From Tortispora ganteri (taxonomy: Eukaryota), in the NCBI GenBank assembly GCA_003707115.1, contig PPNB01000007.1, positions 248,001 to 312,000 of the forward strand: a stretch of 64,000 nt of DNA. The letters run 5' to 3'. The notes under the pieces are model-generated. The model made no database searches, was not told where the DNA came from, and saw nothing but the letters and a program-made list of their open reading frames with translations. Positions 50,519 to 61,038 of this stretch are shown piece by piece. Each line of letters opens with the position of its first letter. Position 1 is the stretch's first letter. Position numbers and translations under genes: made by a program.

Positions 50519-50899
50519 TTACATAACAGTCGACTGAGAGCGAACAATTGTTTCAAACCGTTGACGGATGCGAAGTCTTTGTTGTGCGGCCTCCAGTTCA
50601 GCTTGCCAGAACCGGCTTTGGTAGTCGGTGTCAGCAGTAGGTTCGCTGTTATGAGAGCTGGAGGGATACTTCATTTGTTTGGTCATGATGTCAAGATAGT
50701 TCGGGCTCGAGAGCCAGAGACTGCCGGAGGATGGTGTGAGGTCGTCAGTTTCGTCTTCTTCGTCTTCGTCGGCGAAATCAAAGCAAGCACGACGGTTCAT
50801 GGACGACACTGACATGATTGTCGTTGATCGTGTAGTTGTAGTTGTAGTTGTAGTAGCAGGTTTGACGCCAGATAATGTTCGTTGTGTAGTTGTAGACAT
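50519..50899 (-). CDS. Hypothetical 126-aa protein (poly-Thr, acidic tract, C-terminal helix)
   Basis: ATG-initiated ORF, GC-richer than its flanks, with about 1.8 kb of non-coding upstream sequence; no recognised family. Confidence 0.55.
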   Translation of the reverse strand: MSTTTQRTLSGVKPATTTTTTTTRSTTIMSVSSMNRRACFDFADEDEEDETDDLTPSSGSLWLSSPNYLDIMTKQMKYPSSSHNSEPTADTDYQSRFWQAELEAAQQRLRIRQRFETIVRSQSTVM

Positions 50900-52696
50900 G
50901 ATCGAAATATATATATATAGAAAGTATAGGAATACCGTACAGAAGCAAAAACCTAAGTCTCTTTATATGTTTTTGCGCGCGTAATAGATTATATTGAGCA
51001 ACAAGCCTCCGTTTCAAAAGGCAGTCTAGCCGCTTGAATATTTTCTTCTTGGCAAAAGTGGTTCACTGCTACCTGAGATTACTAAAGCAGATTTTAACTA
51101 CCATACGCTCCAGGCAATGTTCGTATACGGATAAAAGCAGACCCTTACTTGTTAACGAAAAAGGGGGGAAGTAAGAAGTTCAGGGTCCTATACACTAAGC
51201 CAGCGAAAAGGGGTCGAACTGAATGACTAATGTAATACTTTATTACCTAATACGAATCGTTAAACAAATTAAACAGAAATAATATCAGAGAAACTGTTGA
51301 GATTAACCTACAGGCAAGATTTGCGCTAATGGATCACTAACGGCAGCATCAGAATCATTATCAATATATATATATATATCGGACAACACGGACTTTTTCA
51401 CACGGGACCTGAGCGGAGAAAATAAAGGTTCATAGGCCATAAAGATATGAGAAGTTACCGGATTTGGAAATCGCTTACTACAAAGAATCTTATATCGGTT
51501 AAATTAGACGTTGTTATTGGCTAATAAATAGCGGACATCCCGACTGAGAGAAGACTATTTTTAATTAAAAAGGCCGAGACCAAGTCTTTTACCCACTTAA
51601 GAATTCTTCCTATTGGTTTACATGTATTTAAACTTCGCCTTGACAGTTCAACAGTCTTTTTTTTTTGGAAACCGGTATTACATTGTACTGCAATGGAACA
51701 GTACTACCCTTGCAGCATTAAAAAATCTTCCTTATAATACATTAACAGCCTGGAACAGTGAATTTACTCAATAGGCACTATGGCCTTTTTTATGAAAAAT
51801 CGTTGGCGCTACCTATTTCTGAAAAGGTTTTCTCCTCTTTTGTGTCTGTCCGCTCTGAGGTGTGACACTGTTCTTTAAGTTCCGTAACCTCGTGCCATCT
51901 TCACCCACCTAAACCTCGCCCCCACAACTTATATTGCTAATTTTATCTCAACATAATATCACTCTAACACTATAAATCATTTCTAATCAACTCCCAGTTT
52001 TTTACTAAATCAGACATAATTACCTTTCTATGCTTCTAATAGGAGGGTACTAAAAATAATAGCAATCTCGTATTACAAAACTTCAATTACACCAAAACTC
52101 TAACCTTATTTTGGTTGTACCACGTTCACGCCTTGATTGTAACGGTTTTTCAATGTGGGCAATATACCTCGCAAAGAGCTTCAAACGCGCTTATAGTTCT
52201 TCATCTGTAATTCATTTCTTATACTACGTTTATAAATTCCATTTATGAATGCATATATTTTGCAAGGCGTGTTATCTCTTATCGTAGCCTTTTAGATAGC
52301 TTTTTTTCACTAATCCGTATCTTATCTCAAACCAAGGCCTAATTGCCTGTTTTGAATATACTGAACTCTATTTCATCTCAGTGCTATAATGGTACTATAA
52401 CGCACTAAATATTATGGCATTTAACCACATACATTGCTTTATCGGTAAACAGTATAATACTGAAAACTTCATTGGTAACATCGTTGGTTACTTGTTTGAG
52501 ACAAGAGCCAATGTTCGTCGGTAGCCCGAAGTGGATGTCAGCAGGGTCTAGACCCTCTCCCTTCGCGTTACCCCAGATTTCTATATACAGGCCCGCACTA
52601 ACTTTAAAAGTTAATTCAGATTCCGTATTCATAGAAGATTAGTATATTTTCAATGTTAGAGAATCAATTAACACAAAGTTGAACCATTCTTCAACT

Positions 52697-54286
52697 TCAC
52701 GCAACAGTGTGTCTGGGCCCTAGAGCCACTTCGAACCCGTGTTCAGGTTCAACTGTTTCATCAGATTCGTCTATGTATTTCAATTCATCAATAATTGATA
52801 TATCGTAATTTTCAACTGTTCCAGTAAGTCTTGCTGCCCGTAAAGCAAGCCATGCAGTTAACTCGGCATCGTTTCTTGACGACTCTTTTTCCTCGTCAGT
52901 CGCCCATTCGCTGAACCCGTCGCCTTTGCGCGCAGTTTCCCATTGTTCCAGGTAAATAGCGGGATCCGGTTGCGCGGACGGTTTCGTAGACGATTTCATT
53001 GATGGACTAGTAGCTATTTTTATGTTTTCCAGTCCAGTACGTGTTCGCCAGATTTTTGAGAGCGCGGGAGTGCCGAGCTGCGCCATATACGGTTTCTTCA
53101 AAACACATAGCGCTCTTATAGTATTGTCGACTTCTGCTACGGCACTGGAGTCAAGAATAGCATAGTCAAACGAAAAAGGAGGACACCCGGCCATTTTCCA
53201 TATAGTCCAATTAGAGTCATCGTCGAGCAGTTCATAAATATGTTTAGCGTATTCATTAGTGAGACCAGGCATAGGCGGCACGTTGCCGTTTCTGTCACCT
53301 AGGACACGTCTGAGGAGATTTTGAAACATATTCGTTTCACTGTCAGAAAGTTCAACACCATAGAAGCCTCGTCGCGACTGCAAGTTTACTCTACGTTCTG
53401 GACCGAGCTGAAGCAGGCTGTCGAGAACAATAGCTAATTGCGTGTAAAAAGCACGGCGAAACTCTACATCTTTGAGTTCGATCTCGAAGAGTGCTGGTGA
53501 TGTAAGCCATTTGGGCATATACATGTCCGACTCGGAAATATCAATGTACCGCGATGTAGACTCGGCACCTGTTTGAAGAATCGGCATAGATTGGAACAGA
53601 TCTAAAATCTTACCGATATCAACTCTAAACGTGGCCAGTGATTCTCGGCTTTCAACGATACTGGGGACATTATTGAGATGTTCCTGTACACGCCAAAAAA
53701 GCTGGTAATTTTTATTTGCAGCTAATTGGTCGTAAAAAGTCTTATTGTCAGTGTTGAACTTGCCGGCGGTGTTTAAGGCGGATTTCTCAGTAAGTGGGAA
53801 TGCGCTAGCCAAGTAAATCAAAACAGTAGCAGTAAACGACGCATCTCTGTTCTTAGATGTTCTTCGAAGTAAAGCATTACATACTCTAATTAGCGTACTA
53901 CCCGGCCATCTATTACCCTTCAGATTGTTGCATATATCGGTCTTCCTGTCGTCCATATAGCTCCAGAACAGTTTACACCAGTCTATTGTATTCAGTTGGA
54001 AAATAAGCTCAAAGAAATCATGTACATGAATATGCACAGAACTATCGTTCGTAGATGATCGGTACAGTAAAACTAAGTCCATTAGTGCTTTCATTTTCTC
54101 TACACTGGTTTCGAAATCGTCTGCTGCAGCAGCAGAGTACTCCAGAACTAAACGTCGTACTGCAGATACAAACACGTCATCGCGGTCAGCCGATTCAACA
54201 TATTCTCCAATGCTAAAAGACTCATTGCGTCCAAGATTGTCTTCTAGTACCTTCGCCGCAGCAGCAATGTCGTCAGCGACAGTCAT
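52697..54286 (-). CDS. HPR1: THO complex subunit 1 (THOC1/Hpr1)
   Basis: WCKLFWSYMDDR, LIRVCNALLRRTSK, AFPLTEKSALNTAGKFNTDN, YQLFWRVQ, PKWLTSPALFEIEL, NWTIWKMAGCP. Confidence 0.88.
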   Translation of the reverse strand: MTVADDIAAAAKVLEDNLGRNESFSIGEYVESADRDDVFVSAVRRLVLEYSAAAADDFETSVEKMKALMDLVLLYRSSTNDSSVHIHVHDFFELIFQLNTIDWCKLFWSYMDDRKTDICNNLKGNRWPGSTLIRVCNALLRRTSKNRDASFTATVLIYLASAFPLTEKSALNTAGKFNTDNKTFYDQLAANKNYQLFWRVQEHLNNVPSIVESRESLATFRVDIGKILDLFQSMPILQTGAESTSRYIDISESDMYMPKWLTSPALFEIELKDVEFRRAFYTQLAIVLDSLLQLGPERRVNLQSRRGFYGVELSDSETNMFQNLLRRVLGDRNGNVPPMPGLTNEYAKHIYELLDDDSNWTIWKMAGCPPFSFDYAILDSSAVAEVDNTIRALCVLKKPYMAQLGTPALSKIWRTRTGLENIKIATSPSMKSSTKPSAQPDPAIYLEQWETARKGDGFSEWATDEEKESSRNDAELTAWLALRAARLTGTVENYDISIIDELKYIDESDETVEPEHGFEVALGPRHTVA

Positions 54287-54355
54287 GCTTGCTTGCAGCA
54301 GGTACTTTCGCGGGCAATAGGTGAACCTGTAATTTTGGTGTAGTTAAAAAAATAA

Positions 54356-54369
54356 GTTGCTATAGTAAC
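54356..54369. promoter_or_regulatory. RFX X-box GTTGCTATAGTAAC upstream of the HPR1-like gene
   Basis: Reverse complement is GTTACTATAGCAAC, identical to the site at 27797-27810. Confidence 0.55.
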
Positions 54370-55030
54370 ATATTAATACAATTACCTAGGATTTTTGGAA
54401 GCCCGCCCGCAATATATAAAAAACTTTAATGCATTTTAGAGTTAGAAATCATTAACGCTTTAATGCGTATTGAGATCTGAACTGTCTGTCTTCTACTTAA
54501 ATAACCGGTGTACCCTTGCCATTGGTAGCAGCAACAGTTATTATAGACTAAAAAGTAACTGTGAAAATGTAATTATACATTTGAATTCACCAATAACTCG
54601 CATATAGCTCATGCTAGTTCTAGTGTTTCTTCAAGGCCATGAACCTCAACTAGGCTGAAAGAAGATATAACCCTTGGCCTTAGTCTTGCCTTAAAAACCT
54701 TATTTTCGTTTCCAACTTCCAGGTCGTAGCTTCACTTGCGCACTAATTTCTCTTCTTGCATTTTTTGTACAGCTTTTTACGCAGTTTCATTATTGTGTAA
54801 AGAAGTTTTTATTATAATACAATAAATTCTGAGACTGGAGCAATTAGATCGGCTTATTTCTCTACTTTCTAAAAAGATCTCACATTTACTATTTATCAAA
54901 CACATCAGTTTTTCTTCTCCTACGTGGCTCACTTGGCGGGCTACTCCGACATCTCATCTCACAGCTTTTCTTTCTATTTATACACTCATTTATCCTCATT
55001 TACTACAATATATAATTCAAATATTTAAAT

Positions 55031-58006
55031 ATGGCACATCGTGTGCCTACAAGTCCGTCAACGCCTCCACTGCCGCCTAAAATTCCTAGATCGGGCTCCA
55101 GAATTAGTTCAATGCCACTGGAAGATGTATCGTCCTGGTCACCTGGCGGTAAACTACATCCGACAGGTTATACAGATTCGATTCAGTCGAGCAGCAGTAA
55201 CTCGTTAGAATCGCACATACCTGCTACCAATTCGTCGCTCATTCAACTATCAGATCTGTCAGATACCGTTACTCAATTCAACTTTGTGACCGCCGCCGAC
55301 AACAGCCCGCTTGAGTACCCTGCATCATGGGACAAACTGCGTTCAAGCACACGAACGCCACCGAATGTATCTTCTTCACCTCATGCAAGGTCCTGGTTCG
55401 ACTCTGGCATTCCAGCACACACACCTGATCTTGTAATGCTGCCAGAGAAGTCCCCTAGACGGTCCGTCTACCTTGCCGATGGTATTAACAGCCCCAGTGG
55501 CTTCTCTTCAGAACGTACAAGCCCGTTCAAGGTACCCTCTGTGCCGCGGCCGCTCCACTCACCTCGAGACCTGGACCCGATCCGCCCCAAACACATAAAC
55601 TCCTTCTCATTTCCTGCACCTTCTATATCTAGCCAGGACTCAGCTGATTCACTTTCTACACCTTCTGCTGTTCCGCAAAGAATACCAAAAGATATGCTGC
55701 TTCCTTCAAAAGACCCCAAACGCAAATCGACGCCTCTCGTCTCTCACTCTCATTCAGACACAGCATCGCCTCGAAGTGGCAGCATCGCTTCTGACGGTAA
55801 ACAAATGAGTCTTCTAAGCACACCTAAATTTAGAGACACAGATATTGCCTACCTCAACTTCTCTAAGGCTACATTTGACACCATTCCAGACTGGGTGTTT
55901 CAGTGTTCAAAACTAAGACATTTAGTGGTTACAGATACGAAGCTATCTATAGTGGATTCGCGCATTTCTTCTAACTTTAAGGAACTTGAGTCACTAGATC
56001 TGTCACGGAATGCCATTTCTACTTTCCCCGCACATCTTGTTCGTCTTAGCGGGTCACTAAAGGTGCTCAATCTTGAGGGGAACCCCGTATGGAAGTTCGC
56101 AACTGCCGACTTCAAAAAGAAGTATTACGGCCTTAAGCACAAACAAAAGGGAAATCATGTTCCATCCTCTTCATCTGCATCGTCAAGCTCTAAACCTTCG
56201 ACGCCTGAACGCAAGAGCAGACTCTTTTCTCCTGGAAAGCTAACCAAGTCGGTGATATCTGCAATGTCGCCCAGTGAAAAGTCTCTCTCGGAGTACGAAA
56301 GCAGCCCTATGCTGCCGCCTATGCCACGGACTCCAGATACGTTTGTATCATCTACTGAGTCATCAGAACCGGTTTTACAGTTTGATAGCGAATCTAAAAG
56401 ACGTACAGCTGTTCTCATGTCGTTTCTAAGAGATTTGTATGAGCTGTACTGTCGCGAACAATTGCGTGTCGATTCAGGCAACATAACTCCGCTAAACGGA
56501 TTGGGGCTTCAAAGCGATCTTGCGTCATTGCATAAAGAGCTACAGAAAGTCACTATTGACCATTCAGTTCCTGGTCAGACCAATAACACTAAGAATCCTC
56601 AAAACGAGACAAAACAAAAGGAGAAAGGTATGGAAGTCATTCATGTGATATACAGGATCCAAGAGCTCCTTTCTACCGAAAACACGTATGTGAACTTACT
56701 GGAAGAATTAATTGGCGTTTTGGATCGTTGTATAAACTCAAAGCCAGTCAAAGGATCCGAATCCTCTAATATAAACCAGTTTCTTCCATCTGCACAAGAT
56801 GCTCAAGTCATAAAGGATTGTCTGAAACCACTTCTAGACTTTCACAAGCTAGAGCTTCTGCCCATAATGAGAGCCTCATATGAAGGTATTGAAGAACGAA
56901 GCAAGATTGAAGAAGAGTTTGATATGCATGATGCTGTATTAAGTTCTGTTCAGAATATTTGCAATGAATTTATAGATTCTCCGCGTCTTAAAGAGATATA
57001 TCTTCATTATATAGACGAAAGAGAGAACGCTAATAGGGTTTCAGAAGAATGGGATAAGGATAAGAGGACTGTGAACTGGTTTCAGACCATACGACAAGGT
57101 ATGAGTACAGATGGGCAAGGTCAACCGAATGTTTCAAGCTACGTATTGCTACCGATGCAGAGAATTACACGGTACAAACTTTTATTGCAACACTTATCTG
57201 AGATCGGTGACACTGAAGTGGTCGATCGCGCTGTAAAAAGGATAGATAACATAGCTGACCAGATGGAGTACCGTCAAAGATTGGCAGAAGGCAAACGAAA
57301 GATTATGGAGATTCATTCACAGTTTAAATGGCCTGAAGGCGTTTCTGTACTAAGTCGCGAGACCAAAGTACATCATGGCAAACATAACAGACTTCGCAGC
57401 GTTTCCAGTATTGGTGACGACATTATGGAACCAAGTTTCCAAAACACTAAGGTGAGCTTATATCGTGATGATATTATTATGAATGTGAATGGGAAGACTA
57501 TGTTTTGGAACCCGAATGCTACAGCTGAATCAATAAAGGCTCATCACAGAAGGTCGTCGAGCAACGGAAGTTTTACGCGCATTCGAGGACATCTTCGATA
57601 TGGAAGTGTAGACTCTATTCGAAGTATTGGATCGACTAAGAGCACAGAGAGTGGTGAACCAGGTAGCAATACAAATAATCGGACAAGTCAGAAGCTTTTT
57701 GAAAGCCACGGCAATATACCGGCACATTTGACAGACTATAGCTTTGAGACAGGTACGATTTCTAGCAAAGTAAGGGTTATTGTTTGGGACGATTTTGTAG
57801 TCCTACTTAATATGGACAGAATGACTTTGATTTCTCAGGTTTCACGTGTCAGTGAAGAGGTTTCAGTAGCTCCAGAGGCCGGACAGACCAATTTCAATAA
57901 CGGAGCTAGACTCATCATATACCCGCGTTTGGACCAGCCGGGACATGTATGGCATTTAGACGGCGGGATTTTTGGCAACAGACGTCTTGCTGAAATTATA
58001 AACTGA
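55031..58006 (+). CDS. Leucine-rich-repeat plus Dbl-homology RhoGEF protein
   Basis: LRRs (LESLDLSRNAISTFP, LKVLNLEGNPV); DH motifs IQELLSTENTYVNLL and YVLLPMQRITRYKLLL; Ser/Pro-rich N-terminus. Confidence 0.85.
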   Translation: MAHRVPTSPSTPPLPPKIPRSGSRISSMPLEDVSSWSPGGKLHPTGYTDSIQSSSSNSLESHIPATNSSLIQLSDLSDTVTQFNFVTAADNSPLEYPASWDKLRSSTRTPPNVSSSPHARSWFDSGIPAHTPDLVMLPEKSPRRSVYLADGINSPSGFSSERTSPFKVPSVPRPLHSPRDLDPIRPKHINSFSFPAPSISSQDSADSLSTPSAVPQRIPKDMLLPSKDPKRKSTPLVSHSHSDTASPRSGSIASDGKQMSLLSTPKFRDTDIAYLNFSKATFDTIPDWVFQCSKLRHLVVTDTKLSIVDSRISSNFKELESLDLSRNAISTFPAHLVRLSGSLKVLNLEGNPVWKFATADFKKKYYGLKHKQKGNHVPSSSSASSSSKPSTPERKSRLFSPGKLTKSVISAMSPSEKSLSEYESSPMLPPMPRTPDTFVSSTESSEPVLQFDSESKRRTAVLMSFLRDLYELYCREQLRVDSGNITPLNGLGLQSDLASLHKELQKVTIDHSVPGQTNNTKNPQNETKQKEKGMEVIHVIYRIQELLSTENTYVNLLEELIGVLDRCINSKPVKGSESSNINQFLPSAQDAQVIKDCLKPLLDFHKLELLPIMRASYEGIEERSKIEEEFDMHDAVLSSVQNICNEFIDSPRLKEIYLHYIDERENANRVSEEWDKDKRTVNWFQTIRQGMSTDGQGQPNVSSYVLLPMQRITRYKLLLQHLSEIGDTEVVDRAVKRIDNIADQMEYRQRLAEGKRKIMEIHSQFKWPEGVSVLSRETKVHHGKHNRLRSVSSIGDDIMEPSFQNTKVSLYRDDIIMNVNGKTMFWNPNATAESIKAHHRRSSSNGSFTRIRGHLRYGSVDSIRSIGSTKSTESGEPGSNTNNRTSQKLFESHGNIPAHLTDYSFETGTISSKVRVIVWDDFVVLLNMDRMTLISQVSRVSEEVSVAPEAGQTNFNNGARLIIYPRLDQPGHVWHLDGGIFGNRRLAEIIN

Positions 58007-58721
58007 CACTAGTCTTTGACTCAAATTCATGTCTACTTATGATCAAGGTGTATCAAGGTCCTGAAAAGGCATAATGACATACCCGATGCCATTTTTTTCC
58101 GATTGACACTATGACTCATTTTTTTCTAAGTTTATTCTTTGACTTGTGAAATTGTCATTTATTCTGGCTATTGACGTTCTAGACCAAAATTTTGGTTTCA
58201 TAGGTTAAAAATTGTTTCATATGATGAGCCAATCAGCCAAGCGAAGAAGGTTAATAGTGATTTTTGTTACGCCAAGGATGCCAAAATGCCAAGACGACAC
58301 ATACAAATCCTAAATTGATTACCACGCGATTCCTTGATATAATGAAATATCACCTCAAATATACCTTCTTGTTTAAGCATCTGGATGTTTTTTTTTGGTA
58401 CATTGTAGCCTCTAGCTGTTACACATGTACTAAATCTTATATCCCTGAAACCTTCTTCTAGTGTCCGTGTTTGCTCTAGCTGACATGCTGACTTCATTCA
58501 GCACAGTCGTCACAATTCTTGGACCCTCCGTCAACCAGCAGCAAGAGAGAGGCTACCTTTAACCACAATTATAGAGGAAAGTAAAACTAACTATCCATCG
58601 CCCACAATCCAAAAATCGTGGTGTATTCATTTCTCATCATCATTACTGCGATTCACGTGGCATTTAATATACTCAATGACCCCCTAAATAAACCGAAAAC
58701 CTATCCTATCACAATTTTATC

Positions 58722-58732
58722 AGGGTTAGGGT
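58722..58732. promoter_or_regulatory. Telobox/Tbf1-like AGGGTTAGGGT in the PalI promoter
   Basis: Tandem TTAGGG-type motif; similar motifs near 15031, 22247, 49487 and 60933, all intergenic. Confidence 0.35.
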
Positions 58733-59112
58733 AATCTTATCCATTACATGTTATTTGTGGACTGTGCCCTTATTTCCTCATACATTCTCCCCACCCAACC
58801 TAACCAACCCGCCATCGTATCAGTTTCCCCTTTACCCCCTTTCACATACATATCCTTTACGACAACTTATATTTACCACACCTTTTTACTGTCTTCTGTG
58901 ATATACACTGATCGCTGCTGCGAGATTTGGTACCACTGACTGTCGTTTTTGCTGGTCCTTTTCTTACACGCGCTCCTTGACCGCTGCGGTACTTGACGCG
59001 TTCTCAAACTCTCTCACAGCCACCGAATTATTTCGATACACTCTCTAGACCCACTTTCTGTACGGCCATTTACCCCTTTATATTCAGCTGATTTGCTTTC
59101 AATCCGTTAAAA

Positions 59113-60849
59113 ATGAGATTCAGAACGGCTACACCTCTATTTGTGCTCTTGACTGCGTCCTTCGCCATGGTCCTGATCGCGGTCCTTTCCGTCCCAGTCA
59201 CTAAGACTATCGTCATTGCCGAGGCCGATTCCACAAAGTTCGGCGTCTTTGGCTACTGCACAGCATCTACATGCAGCTCTCCGTCTATCGGCTACTCTAT
59301 CCTTGGCGACGGAAACGATTTCTCTCTACCGTCCAACGCCCGCCGTTCTCTAACGAACCTCCTCATTGTACACCCTATCGCTCTTGCATTCATATTTGTC
59401 CTTATGATTATGGCTATAGCCGTCCATTTCCACGGCCCTTCTTTCTCTTCCGGTCTCATGATGACGATGATCGTTATCTCAATTATCTCGATTATTCTTA
59501 CGCTACTTGCTTTCCTTGTCGATCTGCTTATCTTCATTCCACACCTCAGCTACGGCGGCTGGCTCGTACTCGCAGCTACTATTTTGCAGCTGATTTCCTT
59601 CGTATTTATGTGCGCCATGCGACGATCTATAGTAGCCCGCAAGGCTACAGAGCGTCGCAATCAGGATCCAAACGAAGCTCTTATCGCCTCAGGTGGTGTA
59701 TTTGGCCCTATATCCGGAGGTACAAGCAGATACGATGGTGGCGCCGATGACTCTCTTCCAGAATTTGCAGAACTCGAAATATACAAAACCACAACATCTT
59801 CTCCGGAAGAAAGCCTGACACAAGATCCTAGATCTAATGGCGGCAGCTCTTCGCGCGACGGAGGCCGTAACTATTACGCCGCTAGCGAATCGCCCTCATT
59901 AGGAAACCAGCATGATTCCCCTTACAATAACCCAGTGGAGCCTGTTTATTCTTACAGAGGTTTTAGCAGACCACCACCTCTTCCTGAATCAAGCGCTAGC
60001 AGAGGATCAATGCGTTCTTACATGGTTGATCCCAATGTACCAGACATTCCTCCTTACTCAGCTGACATGGTTCAGGGCGCTGCTGTTACGTCACCTACAG
60101 CCCCAGTACTTCCACCGTTGAATATAGCATCTACAAATTCTGGATCTAACGACTACAACTCGCAACAGGGGTATGACTACAACAGCGTTTCGCCTTCTCG
60201 CCAAAGAATAAGTCCCGATGCTGCATTTGACCCCAGCGCCATGCATGCTGCCATAAACCACAATACGCACCAGGAACCAGAGGCCCGGAGTGGGTCGTCA
60301 AATTCATATGCCGCAGCTCCTGCTTATAATGAACCTCCTTACTCTGCTCAGTCACTGAGAGATCCTACTTTATTCTACCCCGTGTCCAGCTCTGCACAGG
60401 CGTACTCGCGCGACCAAGAGCCATACGAGCGGTGGCAGCCAGATGCACAGCCCGGTGTGACTTCTAGTGCTACAGATCATGTGCGCGCAGATGGATACCC
60501 GACTCACGGAGACATGGTTGATTATTCTCGAGAAGGCGAGCCGTACAGTAATGTACCTAGGTCACCTTCCGCGTCGGAGTCGTCTCAGTTTACCTCTATT
60601 TCTCAACGTGCCGTTAATCCTCGATATTACCAGGGTGGAATGCCGCATGTAGTTGAAGGGTATGCTTCTGGAGCCGGACCGGTTCCGTTTCAAGAAATTG
60701 ATTACCCTGTTGCGTCGGCTCCGCCGTCTCGGCCAATTAGACGTCCTAACGTTACAGACGTTATGCTTGACACCAATCCCGATTTCGCATTACCAGGGCT
60801 GGACAGCAGTTCACGCCGAAATAAACGATACGATCCTCGGGCTATGTGA
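59113..60849 (+). CDS. PalI/Rim9 (Sur7-family) pH-response membrane protein, long-tailed form
   Basis: LSVPVTK, FGVFGYC...CS, LTNLLIVHPIA, LAFLVDLLIF, GGWLVLAA; tail motif SQFTSISQRAVNPRY. Confidence 0.9.
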   Translation: MRFRTATPLFVLLTASFAMVLIAVLSVPVTKTIVIAEADSTKFGVFGYCTASTCSSPSIGYSILGDGNDFSLPSNARRSLTNLLIVHPIALAFIFVLMIMAIAVHFHGPSFSSGLMMTMIVISIISIILTLLAFLVDLLIFIPHLSYGGWLVLAATILQLISFVFMCAMRRSIVARKATERRNQDPNEALIASGGVFGPISGGTSRYDGGADDSLPEFAELEIYKTTTSSPEESLTQDPRSNGGSSSRDGGRNYYAASESPSLGNQHDSPYNNPVEPVYSYRGFSRPPPLPESSASRGSMRSYMVDPNVPDIPPYSADMVQGAAVTSPTAPVLPPLNIASTNSGSNDYNSQQGYDYNSVSPSRQRISPDAAFDPSAMHAAINHNTHQEPEARSGSSNSYAAAPAYNEPPYSAQSLRDPTLFYPVSSSAQAYSRDQEPYERWQPDAQPGVTSSATDHVRADGYPTHGDMVDYSREGEPYSNVPRSPSASESSQFTSISQRAVNPRYYQGGMPHVVEGYASGAGPVPFQEIDYPVASAPPSRPIRRPNVTDVMLDTNPDFALPGLDSSSRRNKRYDPRAM

Positions 60850-61038
60850 TAGTATAATCTTACGATGCTATGTTACTATTAGGTATAATAATCATTCTGA
60901 CTATTATATTCATTTTGTAGTACATATACTGGTAGGGTTTAGGGTAATAGGTTTAGTCGAACAATACCGGTTCATAGTTTACTAGTTTTATCGACACATA
61001 CATACGTATATATTCACTAGATCGTGCGTTTCCTGCTT

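Noticed and set aside
60933..60944. TTAGGG-like motifs as an interstitial telomere array
   Set aside because: At most two imperfect units per site; better explained as Tbf1-type promoter elements
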